Positions 9,201 to 18,765 of a stretch of 64,000 nucleotides of DNA are shown here, piece by piece. The stretch covers positions 2,336,001-2,400,000 of the forward strand of contig OY970194.1 of NCBI GenBank assembly GCA_963708075.1. Reading direction: 5' to 3'. The notes beneath the pieces are model-generated. The model was not told where the DNA came from, made no database searches, and saw only the letters and a list, made by a program, of their open reading frames with translations. How positions within the stretch are numbered: position 1 is the stretch's first letter; each line of letters begins with the position of its first letter. This DNA comes from Sedimentisphaerales bacterium (GTDB lineage: Bacteria; Planctomycetota; Phycisphaerae; Sedimentisphaerales; Anaerobacaceae). The position numbers and the translations under genes are program-made.

Positions 9201-10745
9201 TTGACCGGCAGCACGTGGAGCGCGTTGAATGAGGCGGTCTTTGCGGTCGGGCCGGTGGCCCAGAACCTGCGGATCAGCGAGATCATGTTCCACCCGATGG
9301 ATAGCGGCAATCCCACCGATCCCAATACCGAGTTCATCGAGCTGACCAATATCGGCAGTTCAACGATCAATCTGAGTCTCGTGTCGTTCTCCAACGGCGT
9401 CGATTTCACCTTCCCCAGCTATGACCTGGCCGCCGGAGGCTACTGTGTCGTGGTCAGAGATAAGACAGCCTTCCAGGCCAAGTACGGCTCCAGTCTGCCC
9501 GTGGCCGGCCAGTATGCGGGCAATCTGAACAATGCGGGCGAGCGGATCGAGCTGCTCGATGCCGCGGGAACGGTCATTCACAGCTTCCGCTTCGAAGACA
9601 ACTGGTTCGATATCGCCGACGGGCTGGGCTTCTCGCTTACAGTGAAAGACCCCGGGACGGCGGACCCGAACGGCTATGACGATAAGAGCCTCTGGCGGCC
9701 CAGCGCCAAGGCGGGCGGCTCGCCCGGTACTGACGACAGCGGCCAGGTGCCTGCCCTTGGCTCGGTGGTCATCAACGAGCTTCTGGCCAACTCCGGGCAG
9801 GAGTCCGACTGGATCGAGCTGCACAATACAACCACTCAATCCATCAACATCGGCGGCTGGTATCTCAGTGATGACGCCAATGATCTGACCAAGTACACAA
9901 TCGGCGCTGGCACGAGCCTTCCGGCCAATGGGTACCTCGTGTTCTATGAGAACCTCCACTTTGGCAACAAATCCGATCCCGGCTGCAGGAAGGAATTCGG
10001 CCTGCGTGCGAGCGGTGAGACGGTGTACCTGCACTCGGGCTCGGCAGGCGTGCTGACCGGCTACAGCGAGCAGGAGAAATTCGACGCCTCGGAAGCGGGC
10101 GTATCGCTGGGCCGCTATGAAAAGAGCACGGGCACATACAACTTTGTGGCCCTGAGCAACGCCACGCCGGGTGCGGCTAACGCTGCTCCGAAGATTGGGC
10201 CGATTGTGATCAATGAGATCATGTACCATCCGACGACCCCTGCCGATGCGGAGTACGTGGAACTGCTCAATATCAGCAATGAGCCCGTGACGCTGTACGA
10301 TGCGGTGGAGAAAGCTCCCTGGCGGTTCAGCGACGACGCGGGGATTGAGTTTCTGTTTCCCACGGACCCGCCCATGACGCTCGTGGCGGGCGAATACCTG
10401 CTGTTAGTGAAGGATGTAAGCTTGTTCAGCGCCAAGTACACGCCGCCGGCAGGCGTAAAGATCTTCGCCTGGGGTGCCGGCAATCTGGCCAACGGCAGCG
10501 AGAAGATTCAGCTCAGTAAGCCCGGCGAGGCCGATGCCGACGGCGTGCATGACTGGATTCGCGTGGACCGGGTGGTCTACAGCGACGGCTCGCATCCGCA
10601 GGATTTCCCGGGCGGGACTGACCCGTGGCCGACGAAAGCGGACGGCCAGGGCTCGTCCCTGAGCCGGACCACGCCCGCATCCTACGGCAACGATGCCACA
10701 AACTGGCACGCCGCCACACCATCGCCTGGGAAAGCAAACAATTGA
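6212..10745 (+). CDS. large secreted lamin-tail-domain / Fn3-associated / CotH-kinase-like protein, split by one frameshift near 8975
   Basis: Signal peptide; LLINELMAAN..DWIELRN LTD; IYYTVDGS; HLYINGMYWGMYYVHERPD and WDAE CotH motifs; the shifted frame continues HIDKLHAGTNLLAIQGLNQSSTSSDFLIS into ORF 9129-10745 with three more LTDs. Confidence 0.8.
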
Positions 10746-10792
10746 GATCAGAGGAATGACGAACCGGTCTTTGAGAACCGGCGTAGTGAATC

Positions 10793-10817
10793 GCAGGGGT
10801 GAGTTTCAAACCCGCCC
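10793..10817. repeat. REP-like palindrome
   Basis: GCAGGGGTGAGTTTCAAACCCGCCC, a degenerate GTAGGGGCGGGTTT-N-AAACCCGCCC type. Confidence 0.55.
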
Positions 10818-10840
10818 GCCATAGCAAGTGAAGAGCCCGT

Positions 10841-12061
10841 ATGATAAGAGTCGGACTGATATTCGCCGTAGTGAGCATGGGCCTCTGTGCCGGTGCGCAC
10901 GCGGACTGTCCCGAGAGCGATCTGAACAGCGATTGCAGAGTCGATGCCAATGACCTGTGGGTCCTCGCCGAGGCATGGTTGGGCGACCCGAACACGCCGG
11001 CGGACCTGAACCGTGACAAGAAGGTCAACCAGGCCGACCTCGCCATCCTGGCCACCCAGTGGCGTCAGACGGGCTGCCCGATCGTGATCAACGAGGTGCT
11101 TGCCCACGCGCACGCGGATGCCCCCGATTGGATCGAGCTGCACAACACCAGCAGGATCCCTGTGGACATCAGCGGCTGGATGCTCAGCGATCGCGAGGAC
11201 AATCTCAGCAGGTTTCAGATCGCCGCGGGCACCATCCTGGGGCCATTTGGCTACATCGTCTTCTACGAGAACACGCACTTCGGCAACCCGCTGAATCCGG
11301 ATACGTGGAGCCCGTTTGCCTTGAGTGAGAACGGGGAAACGCTGTACCTGTACTCCGGCTACGATGAGGTGTACCCGGACTATCTCGCCGAGGCGCCGCT
11401 TGGACCGTCGGAGACCTTCTACTCCTTCGGCCGGTACCGCAAGAGTACGGGCGAGTACAGCTACGTGATCATGAATGAGCTGACCCCGGGCGACAGGAAT
11501 GCCTACCCTCGCGTCGGTCCCGTGATCATCAATGAGATCATGTACCACCCCACCGGCGACGCCGATGCGGAATACGTCGAGCTGCTCAACATCGATGGCG
11601 GCCCCGTCACCCTCTTCGACTTCGTCTCGATGGAGCCCTGGCGGCTCACGGACGCGTCCGGCATCGAATTCCGGTTCCCCACCGACGCCCCTGTGACACT
11701 GGAAAAGGGCGAGTACCTCCTGCTGGTCAGGGATGCGGCGGCGGTCAGCAAGGGAGGGGCGAAGGCGGGCGTGAAAATGATGTCGTGGGGTTCCGGCAAG
11801 CTCGCCAACCAGGGCGAGGACCTCTACCTGCTCAAGCCGGGCGACGTCGATACGGCGGGCACGCGGTACTGGATCGAGGTCGATCGCGTCGACTACAGCG
11901 ACGGAGGACACCCCTTGAACTTCGCAAAGAACAAGGACCCCTGGCCCGCCGCCGCCGACGGCCTCGGCCTGTCATTGAATCGCCTCTTCACCCGCAAGTA
12001 CGGCAACGACCCCAACAACTGGCAAGCCACCATCCCCACCCCCGGCTCCGCCAACGACTGA
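10841..12061 (+). CDS. secreted protein with dockerin/EF-hand-like repeat and two lamin tail domains
   Basis: Signal peptide; DLNSDCRVDANDL and ADLNRDKKVNQADL; IVINEVLAH and VIINEIMYHP; strongly resembles the C-terminus of the upstream gene. Confidence 0.85.
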   Translation: MIRVGLIFAVVSMGLCAGAHADCPESDLNSDCRVDANDLWVLAEAWLGDPNTPADLNRDKKVNQADLAILATQWRQTGCPIVINEVLAHAHADAPDWIELHNTSRIPVDISGWMLSDREDNLSRFQIAAGTILGPFGYIVFYENTHFGNPLNPDTWSPFALSENGETLYLYSGYDEVYPDYLAEAPLGPSETFYSFGRYRKSTGEYSYVIMNELTPGDRNAYPRVGPVIINEIMYHPTGDADAEYVELLNIDGGPVTLFDFVSMEPWRLTDASGIEFRFPTDAPVTLEKGEYLLLVRDAAAVSKGGAKAGVKMMSWGSGKLANQGEDLYLLKPGDVDTAGTRYWIEVDRVDYSDGGHPLNFAKNKDPWPAAADGLGLSLNRLFTRKYGNDPNNWQATIPTPGSAND

Positions 12062-12219
12062 GCCGGCTATACCCATCACATGGGCAGGTGTGACGCAGTG
12101 AGTAAGAGCACGCCGGCCGGACCGCCACCCGGCCGTGGAATTGCGTGACGCTGGACCTGCTTCATCGGTACTGCTATGATGGCGGGGAAAGCTTCGGTGT
12201 TTTCGATGGAGACTTCACC

Positions 12220-14172
12220 ATGCGCTGGATCAATGGACCACGCGTCCGCCGGAAACGACACTGGCTCGTCCTCCTGATCGTTTCTCTCGTCGGTGTCTCA
12301 ACCCCGTGTCCTTGTGGCGCCGGAGATGGGGAGCCGCGGAGCACGCTGGTGAACGTCGTCCAGGGGGCGGTCAACGGGGTGCGCATCGAGCGGAACGGCC
12401 ACAGGCTCGTCATCTATGGGGACCCGCAACAGCGATGGAAGACGGCCGACGTGGTACTCTTCACGCATAGTCGTCGCGACGTTGTATGGGCGGGTCAGGC
12501 CCTCGTGAAGGATGGGGCTCAGTGCATAGTCCCGGCGGCCGAGGCGGAGCATTTTACGGGAGCGGAGAAGTTCTGGACCCAGTTCTGGGACAGGCGATTC
12601 CATGACTATGCGCAGCAAAGCACGAAGGTGCCGACGGTCTCGATGAAAGTCGATCGGACGGTGCGGGAAGGCGACGTGATCGAGTTTGAGGGCCTGGCGA
12701 TCCGGGTGCTGGACACGCCGGGATATACACGGGGGGCTGTGTCCTACCTCGTGGAGGCGGACGGGATCAAGTACGCCTTTGTCGGCGACCTGATCTACGG
12801 CGACGGGCAGTTGCTGGACCTGTACAGCCTGCAGGACAGCGTCTCCGAGGCGAAGATCATGGGCTACCACGGATACGCGGGCAGAATGGGACAACTGATC
12901 GAGAGCCTGCGGAAGGTGGCCGCACAGAAGCCGAATATCCTGGTCCCGGCCAGAGGGCCTGTCATCGAGCAGCCGGAACCCGCGATAAAGCGGATGATCG
13001 AGAGGCTTCAGGCGGCGTACAGAAATTACCTTTCCATCAACGCGGGGCACTGGTATTTCAAAGAACGGTATGATGTTCTCGCCTCGCGGGTACTGGGAGA
13101 CACCGCCAAAGTGGAGTGGATGCCTTATGCTGGAACCATCGAGAAGGCGCCGCCGGACTGGATAGTTTCCATCGATAATGCCCGGCTGCTGCTGTCACAG
13201 GACCGCAGCGGTTTCATGATCGACTGCGGCTCACAGGCCATCTTCGACCGGGTGCAGAAGCTCCAGGAGGCCGGGCGACTGACCTCTGTCGAGGGCCTTT
13301 TCATCACGCATTATCACGACGACCACACGGATTGGGTGAACGAATTCCTGGACAAGCATGGTTGCCCCGCCTACATCACGCCGATCATGGAGGACGTGCT
13401 GCGCCGGCCCGGAGCCCACCGGCTGCCCGCGATGACAGCCAAGCCGATTACGCGGCTGAAGGTCGTGCCCGACGGCTATCGCATGCGGTGGAAGGAATTC
13501 GCCCTGACGTTTTACGACTTCCCCGGGCAGACCCTCTACCACGATGCCCTGCTCGTGGAAAAAGACGGTGGCGAGAAGGTACTCTTCCTCGGCGATTCCT
13601 TCACGCCCTCCGGCATCGACGACTACTGCCTCCAGAACCGCAATTTCCTCCACGACGGGATGGGGTACTCCTACTGCCTGGGCCACCTGAAGAACAAGAT
13701 CCCCCCGGAGGCCCTGCTGATCAATGAGCACGTCATGGAGCCCTTTCGCTTCGAGAGCGATCAGATCAGCCATATGGCAAAGACCCTGGGGCAACGACGG
13801 GCGGTCCTGGCCGACCTGTTCCCGTGGGATGACGCCAATTACGGCATCGATGAGCAGTGGGCCCGCATCTATCCCTATGGCCAGGAGGCGACGGCGGACA
13901 AGCAGGTGGAGGCCGCCGTCAGGCTGTTCAACCACTCCCCCAAGCGCACAACATTCACGGTGCACCTGAACGTCCCCGCGGGATTCGACAGCGAGCCCGA
14001 GACACAGACCGTGGCGGTGAATCCAAGACAGGAGGCGGAGGCCCGGTTCCAGATCAAAATCCCGAGTTCCCCTTCCGGCTCCATCCACGTCATCACAGCC
14101 GACGTTCAGTTCGGCCCATGGGACCTGCGGCAATGGAGTGAAGGCCTGATCAAGGTCACACATCCGGAGTAG
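12220..14172 (+). CDS. secreted protein with two metallo-beta-lactamase-fold domains and C-terminal Ig-like domain
   Basis: GGAGA RBS; signal peptide; degenerate THSRRD/TPGYT, then intact THYHDDH/PGQT/GD. Confidence 0.8.
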   Translation: MRWINGPRVRRKRHWLVLLIVSLVGVSTPCPCGAGDGEPRSTLVNVVQGAVNGVRIERNGHRLVIYGDPQQRWKTADVVLFTHSRRDVVWAGQALVKDGAQCIVPAAEAEHFTGAEKFWTQFWDRRFHDYAQQSTKVPTVSMKVDRTVREGDVIEFEGLAIRVLDTPGYTRGAVSYLVEADGIKYAFVGDLIYGDGQLLDLYSLQDSVSEAKIMGYHGYAGRMGQLIESLRKVAAQKPNILVPARGPVIEQPEPAIKRMIERLQAAYRNYLSINAGHWYFKERYDVLASRVLGDTAKVEWMPYAGTIEKAPPDWIVSIDNARLLLSQDRSGFMIDCGSQAIFDRVQKLQEAGRLTSVEGLFITHYHDDHTDWVNEFLDKHGCPAYITPIMEDVLRRPGAHRLPAMTAKPITRLKVVPDGYRMRWKEFALTFYDFPGQTLYHDALLVEKDGGEKVLFLGDSFTPSGIDDYCLQNRNFLHDGMGYSYCLGHLKNKIPPEALLINEHVMEPFRFESDQISHMAKTLGQRRAVLADLFPWDDANYGIDEQWARIYPYGQEATADKQVEAAVRLFNHSPKRTTFTVHLNVPAGFDSEPETQTVAVNPRQEAEARFQIKIPSSPSGSIHVITADVQFGPWDLRQWSEGLIKVTHPE

Positions 14173-14505
14173 ATCGGTGCATCAGTGCGCACACACTCGG
14201 CACCGATGGAGGCGGATTTGCTGCCTCTGCTTCTATAGAACGCCGAGCGACGCAGGGACACAATAAGGGTTTCTCCCATGCACAACTCGGCTTTTGCCTA
14301 GGAGCAGGGCGCCAACCAACGGCTTAGTATTGACCATGTGTCACTCAAGTAAGTGACGTGGCCCTCGTCGACCTGAATGGGGCGACGGGGAACGGACCGG
14401 TCGTTTTGACGAGAGATAGATGTCCGCCGGGGAACTCAATGCTGAAGCCCTCCGCAAAGAGATGCGGCTGTTGGCAATGATTAGGCCTGTATTTGTGAAA
14501 GGGAG

Positions 14506-15033
14506 ATGACCATGTTGAAAAGAATTGTCATCACAACGAGTATTCTCTGTCTGGTCCTGCCGGCCGCGGGATTCGCTCAGGGTTTTTCCCAAGGCGACAA
14601 AGTGGTCTCCCTCAACGGCAGCGGCACGAGCGACAATGAGCTCGATAACACTGCATTCTCCATCGAAGGCGCTTACAGCTACTTCTTCTCCGACAGGATC
14701 GAGGGAGCCATTCGGCAGGGTTTCACATTTGCTGACGTGCCCGGCTCCGATAACGACTGGGCCGCATCCACCCGCGTGGCTCTCGATTACAATTGGGACA
14801 TGGGCAGCGTCTGGCCGCTTCTCGGCGCGAACTTCGGCTATGTCTACGGCGATGCGGTTGACGACACATTTGTGGCCGGTCCCGAGGCAGGCGTGAGGTA
14901 CTTCGTCAATTCGACCACCTTCATCCTGGGCCTGGTCGAGTACCAGTTCTTCTTCGAAGAGTCCGACCACGCCGAGGATGCGTTCGATGACGGCCGTTTC
15001 GTCTTCACCGTCGGTATGGGTTTCCGCTGGTAG
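14506..15033 (+). CDS. outer membrane beta-barrel protein (8-stranded type)
   Basis: Signal peptide (AAGFA), alternating amphipathic strands, C-terminal GMGFRW. Confidence 0.8.
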   Translation: MTMLKRIVITTSILCLVLPAAGFAQGFSQGDKVVSLNGSGTSDNELDNTAFSIEGAYSYFFSDRIEGAIRQGFTFADVPGSDNDWAASTRVALDYNWDMGSVWPLLGANFGYVYGDAVDDTFVAGPEAGVRYFVNSTTFILGLVEYQFFFEESDHAEDAFDDGRFVFTVGMGFRW

Positions 15034-15234
15034 TCACGTAAGGAAGCTGCTGGAGCGGTTTGCGGTCTGAGACTGAAGACCGCTCGGCGCCAACAAGTTG
15101 AGTGATTCCGCGGTCTCGACCAGAGAAACAGCATCAGGAATGATGCATAGTGTCTGCACCGGGTAGATCCTGCACTGTTTGTGCTGGGATAGTGCTCGGT
15201 GCAGACGTTCTTTCTGCCCGGATCTCCTATTCAT

Positions 15235-15262
15235 CGCCACACCTCGCCACACCCCGCCACAC
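15235..15262. repeat. three CGCCACAC direct repeats at 10-bp period
   Basis: Copies at 15235, 15245 and 15255. Confidence 0.85.
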
Positions 15263-15396
15263 ATGACCTCGTGCCAATTCCGAGCGGTCACGCCATATCC
15301 GTATTTCGGGGAGAGGCCGAGAAAGGCTCGCGATGCGCGGCGGACTCCACGCGGTCATACACAGGCAGTCTGTCGCCCCATAACCGGGCATTTTTG

Positions 15397-15424
15397 TTGC
15401 AGCCCCCTGCCCAGCAGCTATAAT
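15397..15424 (+). promoter_or_regulatory. putative sigma70 promoter of the SSS operon
   Basis: TTGCAG-N16-TATAAT upstream of AAGGA RBS and ATG 15481. Confidence 0.5.
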
Positions 15425-15480
15425 GCCGCTCCATGTGTGCCGTAGATGGTTAGAGGAGACATACAAGGAAAGGACGTGTT

Positions 15481-17397
15481 ATGTCGTTAGGGGCCCTCGA
15501 CATCCTCGTATTCGTCGCGTTCGTCGTCTCCGTGGTGAGCATCGGGTTGCTCAAGAGCCGCAAGGAGAAGACCGGCGAAGACTACTTCCTTGCCGGCCGC
15601 GGCCTGTCCTGGTGGCTGATCGGCTTCTCGCTCATCGCCGCCAACATCTCCACCGAGCAATTCGTCGGCATGAGCGGCCAAGCGGCAGACTGGCTCGGCA
15701 TGGCCATTGCCAGCTACGAGTGGATGGCCGCCATCACACTGGTGATCGTCGCCTTCGTGTTCCTGCCTTCGTTCCTCAAGAGCGGCATTTACACCATCCC
15801 GGAGTTCCTCGAATACCGCTATAACAGCTTTGCCCGAACGATCATGGCGATCAGCACCATGATCATTCTCGTCGGCGTGCCCACCGCCTCCGTCATCTAT
15901 TCCGGCGCCAAGGTCATCTGCGTGTACTTCCAGGGCCAGACCTTCCTCGGTTACGATCTTGGCAACATCGCCGTCGGATGCTGGATTATCGGCATCGCTT
16001 CAGCGATCTACGTGTTTGCGGGCGGCCTGAAGGCCTGCGCATGGGCCGACCTGATCCAGGGCTCGGCATTGATCGTCGGGGGAGGCATCGTCATGTATTA
16101 CGCGATGCACGCCCTTGGGCAGGCAGACCCAGCCAGTCTGGCGGCCACCGCGGCGAACCCGCAACTCGCTGCCGATCAACTTACGAACACCGGGGCCTGG
16201 GGTCGCTTTGTCGCACTCAACAGCGCCCCCCTGCCTGCCGGCAAGCTGCACATGGTTCGCCCCCTCTCCGACCCCGCCATTCCTTGGTCGGCGCTCGTCA
16301 TCGGTCTGTGGATCCCCAACTTCTTCTACTGGGGCCTGAATCAGTACATCACGCAGCGTACGCTCGGCTCCAAATCCCTCGCCCAGGGACAGCGAGGCGT
16401 CGTGTTCGCGGCGTTTCTCAAGCTCCTCATCCCGTTCGTCGTGGTCATCCCGGGCATCCTCGCGTTCAACCTGTTCAGCAAGGACCTGCAGGCCCAGGCT
16501 GAGCTGAAGAATAAGGAAACTCTGGTGGACTTCCAGCAGCAGAAGGACGGGGTCGTTTTTGAGTTCACACCGGCCTATGCAAAGCTCTACCCAGACGTCG
16601 CCACCGGCATGCTCACACACAACGCCACCATGGTAAAGGCGGTGTACACTCCTGGCGCAGCTCTCTCGCCGGATGCGATTGCCGCCAAAAACGCGGAATT
16701 CGTCACGGCAGCCAAGTCCAATGGCGTCGAAATCTCCCAGAAGCTCATCGGCCATGATTTCGATGCTGCATTCCCGACGTTGATCCGCAACCTGGTTTCC
16801 CAGCATCGCGGTATTCTCGGCTTCGTCCTGGCTGCCCTGTTCGGCGCGGTCGTCAGCTCCATTGCGGCCATGCTCAACGCAGCCTCCACCATCTTTGCGA
16901 TGGACATCTTCCGCAAGGTGAAGAAGGATGCCTCGCAGACTGCCCTGGTCATGTGCGGGCGAGTCTGCATCGTGGTCTTCGTGCTCATCGCCATATTGAT
17001 CGCACCGAGCCTTGGCAGCCCCCAGTTCGGCGGCATTTTCACGTTCATCCAGGAGTTCCAGGGCTTCATCTCGCCCGGCATTCTGGCCATCTTCCTGTTC
17101 GGCCTGCTCGTGCATCGCGCTCCGCGTGCAGCGGGGACAGTGGGTCTGCTGCTGAATCCAGTCCTTTACGGCACGCTCAAGTATGCAGCGCCGGGAATCG
17201 CGTTCCTCGACCGCATGGCAATCTGCTTCGGCATCGTGCTGGCCGTGCTGACAATCATGACACTCGTCAAGCCGTTGCCGGAGCCGGTGAATATGCCCAC
17301 GAACCCGAAAATGGACCTCACACCCTCTCGCGGCGCCAAGCTGGCGGGAGTGGGAGTGGTGGTGCTGACCCTGGTGCTTTACGCGATCTTCTGGTAG
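15481..17397 (+). CDS. sodium:solute symporter (SSS, vSGLT-like sugar transporter)
   Basis: YFLAGRGLSWWLIGFSLIAANISTEQFVGMSG, GGLKA..WADLIQ and YWGLNQYITQR motifs. Confidence 0.92.
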   Translation: MSLGALDILVFVAFVVSVVSIGLLKSRKEKTGEDYFLAGRGLSWWLIGFSLIAANISTEQFVGMSGQAADWLGMAIASYEWMAAITLVIVAFVFLPSFLKSGIYTIPEFLEYRYNSFARTIMAISTMIILVGVPTASVIYSGAKVICVYFQGQTFLGYDLGNIAVGCWIIGIASAIYVFAGGLKACAWADLIQGSALIVGGGIVMYYAMHALGQADPASLAATAANPQLAADQLTNTGAWGRFVALNSAPLPAGKLHMVRPLSDPAIPWSALVIGLWIPNFFYWGLNQYITQRTLGSKSLAQGQRGVVFAAFLKLLIPFVVVIPGILAFNLFSKDLQAQAELKNKETLVDFQQQKDGVVFEFTPAYAKLYPDVATGMLTHNATMVKAVYTPGAALSPDAIAAKNAEFVTAAKSNGVEISQKLIGHDFDAAFPTLIRNLVSQHRGILGFVLAALFGAVVSSIAAMLNAASTIFAMDIFRKVKKDASQTALVMCGRVCIVVFVLIAILIAPSLGSPQFGGIFTFIQEFQGFISPGILAIFLFGLLVHRAPRAAGTVGLLLNPVLYGTLKYAAPGIAFLDRMAICFGIVLAVLTIMTLVKPLPEPVNMPTNPKMDLTPSRGAKLAGVGVVVLTLVLYAIFW

Positions 17398-17429
17398 TAG
17401 ATTCAAGTTTTGCATGGGTTGAGATCAAA

Positions 17430-18674
17430 ATGGCACTGACACGGGAAGATCAGGCGGCAGTAGAGAAGCTGCAGCAGCTTGCGAAGGAGAACAGGATTGA
17501 CATCGCCGGCGGGAAGATGCGGCGGACTTCGTCGCGGTTCTGCCTGGGAGTCGAGCATGGCGACTATAACGGGACCGAGCTGTTCGGCGTCGGGACCGAC
17601 CGGTTCATCTGGCTGGCGTACAAGCCCAACGGCAGGAACAAGGTCCGGCTCTTCAGCGGCAACTTCCCCAATGACGGCGTCATCGAGTACGCCATCGGCA
17701 ACGTCCCGAAGCCTAAGTCGCGGGAGATAGCCGAGACGTGGGGGCGGTTCCCGTACGGGATCGATTACATCCTCAAGCGGGAGGGATTCAAGCTCAAGCA
17801 AGGTATCGATGGTGTACTGTTCGGGAACATCCCCGGCGGCGGCATGAGCCGGTCAGCGTCCCTGTGCGTCAACCTCATCCTGTCCCTGTTCGACGCGAAC
17901 GGCATCGAAGTGAAGCAGAAGGTGCAGATCGTCGATCTGGCGCAGGCGGTCGAGAACGACTACATCGGCTCGCCCTGCGGCAAGCTCGATCAGACGATGG
18001 TCCTGTTCGCCAAAGAGGGGATGGGCACCTACTACAACCCGAAGGATCGCTCCATCGAGTACGTGCCCATGGGCAAAGGGGCGACGGACTTTCGCATCGT
18101 GGTGCTCGATACGGGGACGGACCGGCCGGGCCTGGAAAAATCGACGTACGCAGTCCGCAGGAGGGAATGCGAGGAGTTGGTGGCGATCCTGCAGAAAGCG
18201 GGCTTCGACATCAAGTGCCTGGCCGACATCAAGGACGAGATCACGTACAATAAGATCATGGATCGTTTCGGCCGGGAGCAGCCGCATCTGTGCGACCGGC
18301 TGAATTACATTTTCCACGCCCAGCAGCGATTCTATAAGATGATGGACGCCTGGCGGGCCGGCGACATCGAAACCGTCGGCACGATCTTCCGCCAGGACGG
18401 CTTGGGTTTGCGGGACGATTACCGAATCTCCGGGCCGGAGTTGGAGACCATGTGCGACATCGTCCGGACGGTCCCCGGCGTGCTCGGCGAACGCATGCTC
18501 GGGGGCGGTGACAAGGGCGCCTCCGGCGCACTGGTCCGGGCGGAGGCCGTCGAGACGGTCAGGAAAGCCGTGGACGCCGCCTACCCGCGAAGCCGCCCCG
18601 CGTTCGCGGACAAACACGCGACCCACGTCTGCAAGGTCGTGGACGGCGTGCGCGTCTATGAAGGACTGCTTTGA
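17430..18674 (+). CDS. galK: GHMP sugar kinase, galactokinase-like (divergent)
   Basis: GVEHGDYNG, IPGGGMSRSAS, AVENDYIGSPCGKLDQ, YAVRRREC, ISGPELE and GERMLGGG. Confidence 0.7.
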   Translation: MALTREDQAAVEKLQQLAKENRIDIAGGKMRRTSSRFCLGVEHGDYNGTELFGVGTDRFIWLAYKPNGRNKVRLFSGNFPNDGVIEYAIGNVPKPKSREIAETWGRFPYGIDYILKREGFKLKQGIDGVLFGNIPGGGMSRSASLCVNLILSLFDANGIEVKQKVQIVDLAQAVENDYIGSPCGKLDQTMVLFAKEGMGTYYNPKDRSIEYVPMGKGATDFRIVVLDTGTDRPGLEKSTYAVRRRECEELVAILQKAGFDIKCLADIKDEITYNKIMDRFGREQPHLCDRLNYIFHAQQRFYKMMDAWRAGDIETVGTIFRQDGLGLRDDYRISGPELETMCDIVRTVPGVLGERMLGGGDKGASGALVRAEAVETVRKAVDAAYPRSRPAFADKHATHVCKVVDGVRVYEGLL

Positions 18675-18765
18675 TCATTGATTATTGATTATGGATGATT
18701 GATTATTGAAGAAAGCGTATGGGCATTCCCATGAAATCATCAATTATCAATCATCAATCATCAAT
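18671..18765. repeat. inverted arrays of 7-mer repeats (TTGATTA)n ... (TCAATCA)n
   Basis: About 5.7 copies at 18671-18710 and about 4.5 inverse copies at 18735-18765. Confidence 0.9.

Noticed and set aside
14340..14357. Palindrome GTCACT-N6-AGTGAC as an operator
   Set aside because: Only 6-bp arms, a single occurrence, and no regulator nearby.
16953..17429. N-terminal extensions in the ORF track (galK from 16953, rho from 36572, ABC ATPase from 48691)
   Set aside because: They overlap upstream genes or precede the RBS-supported or homology-supported starts.
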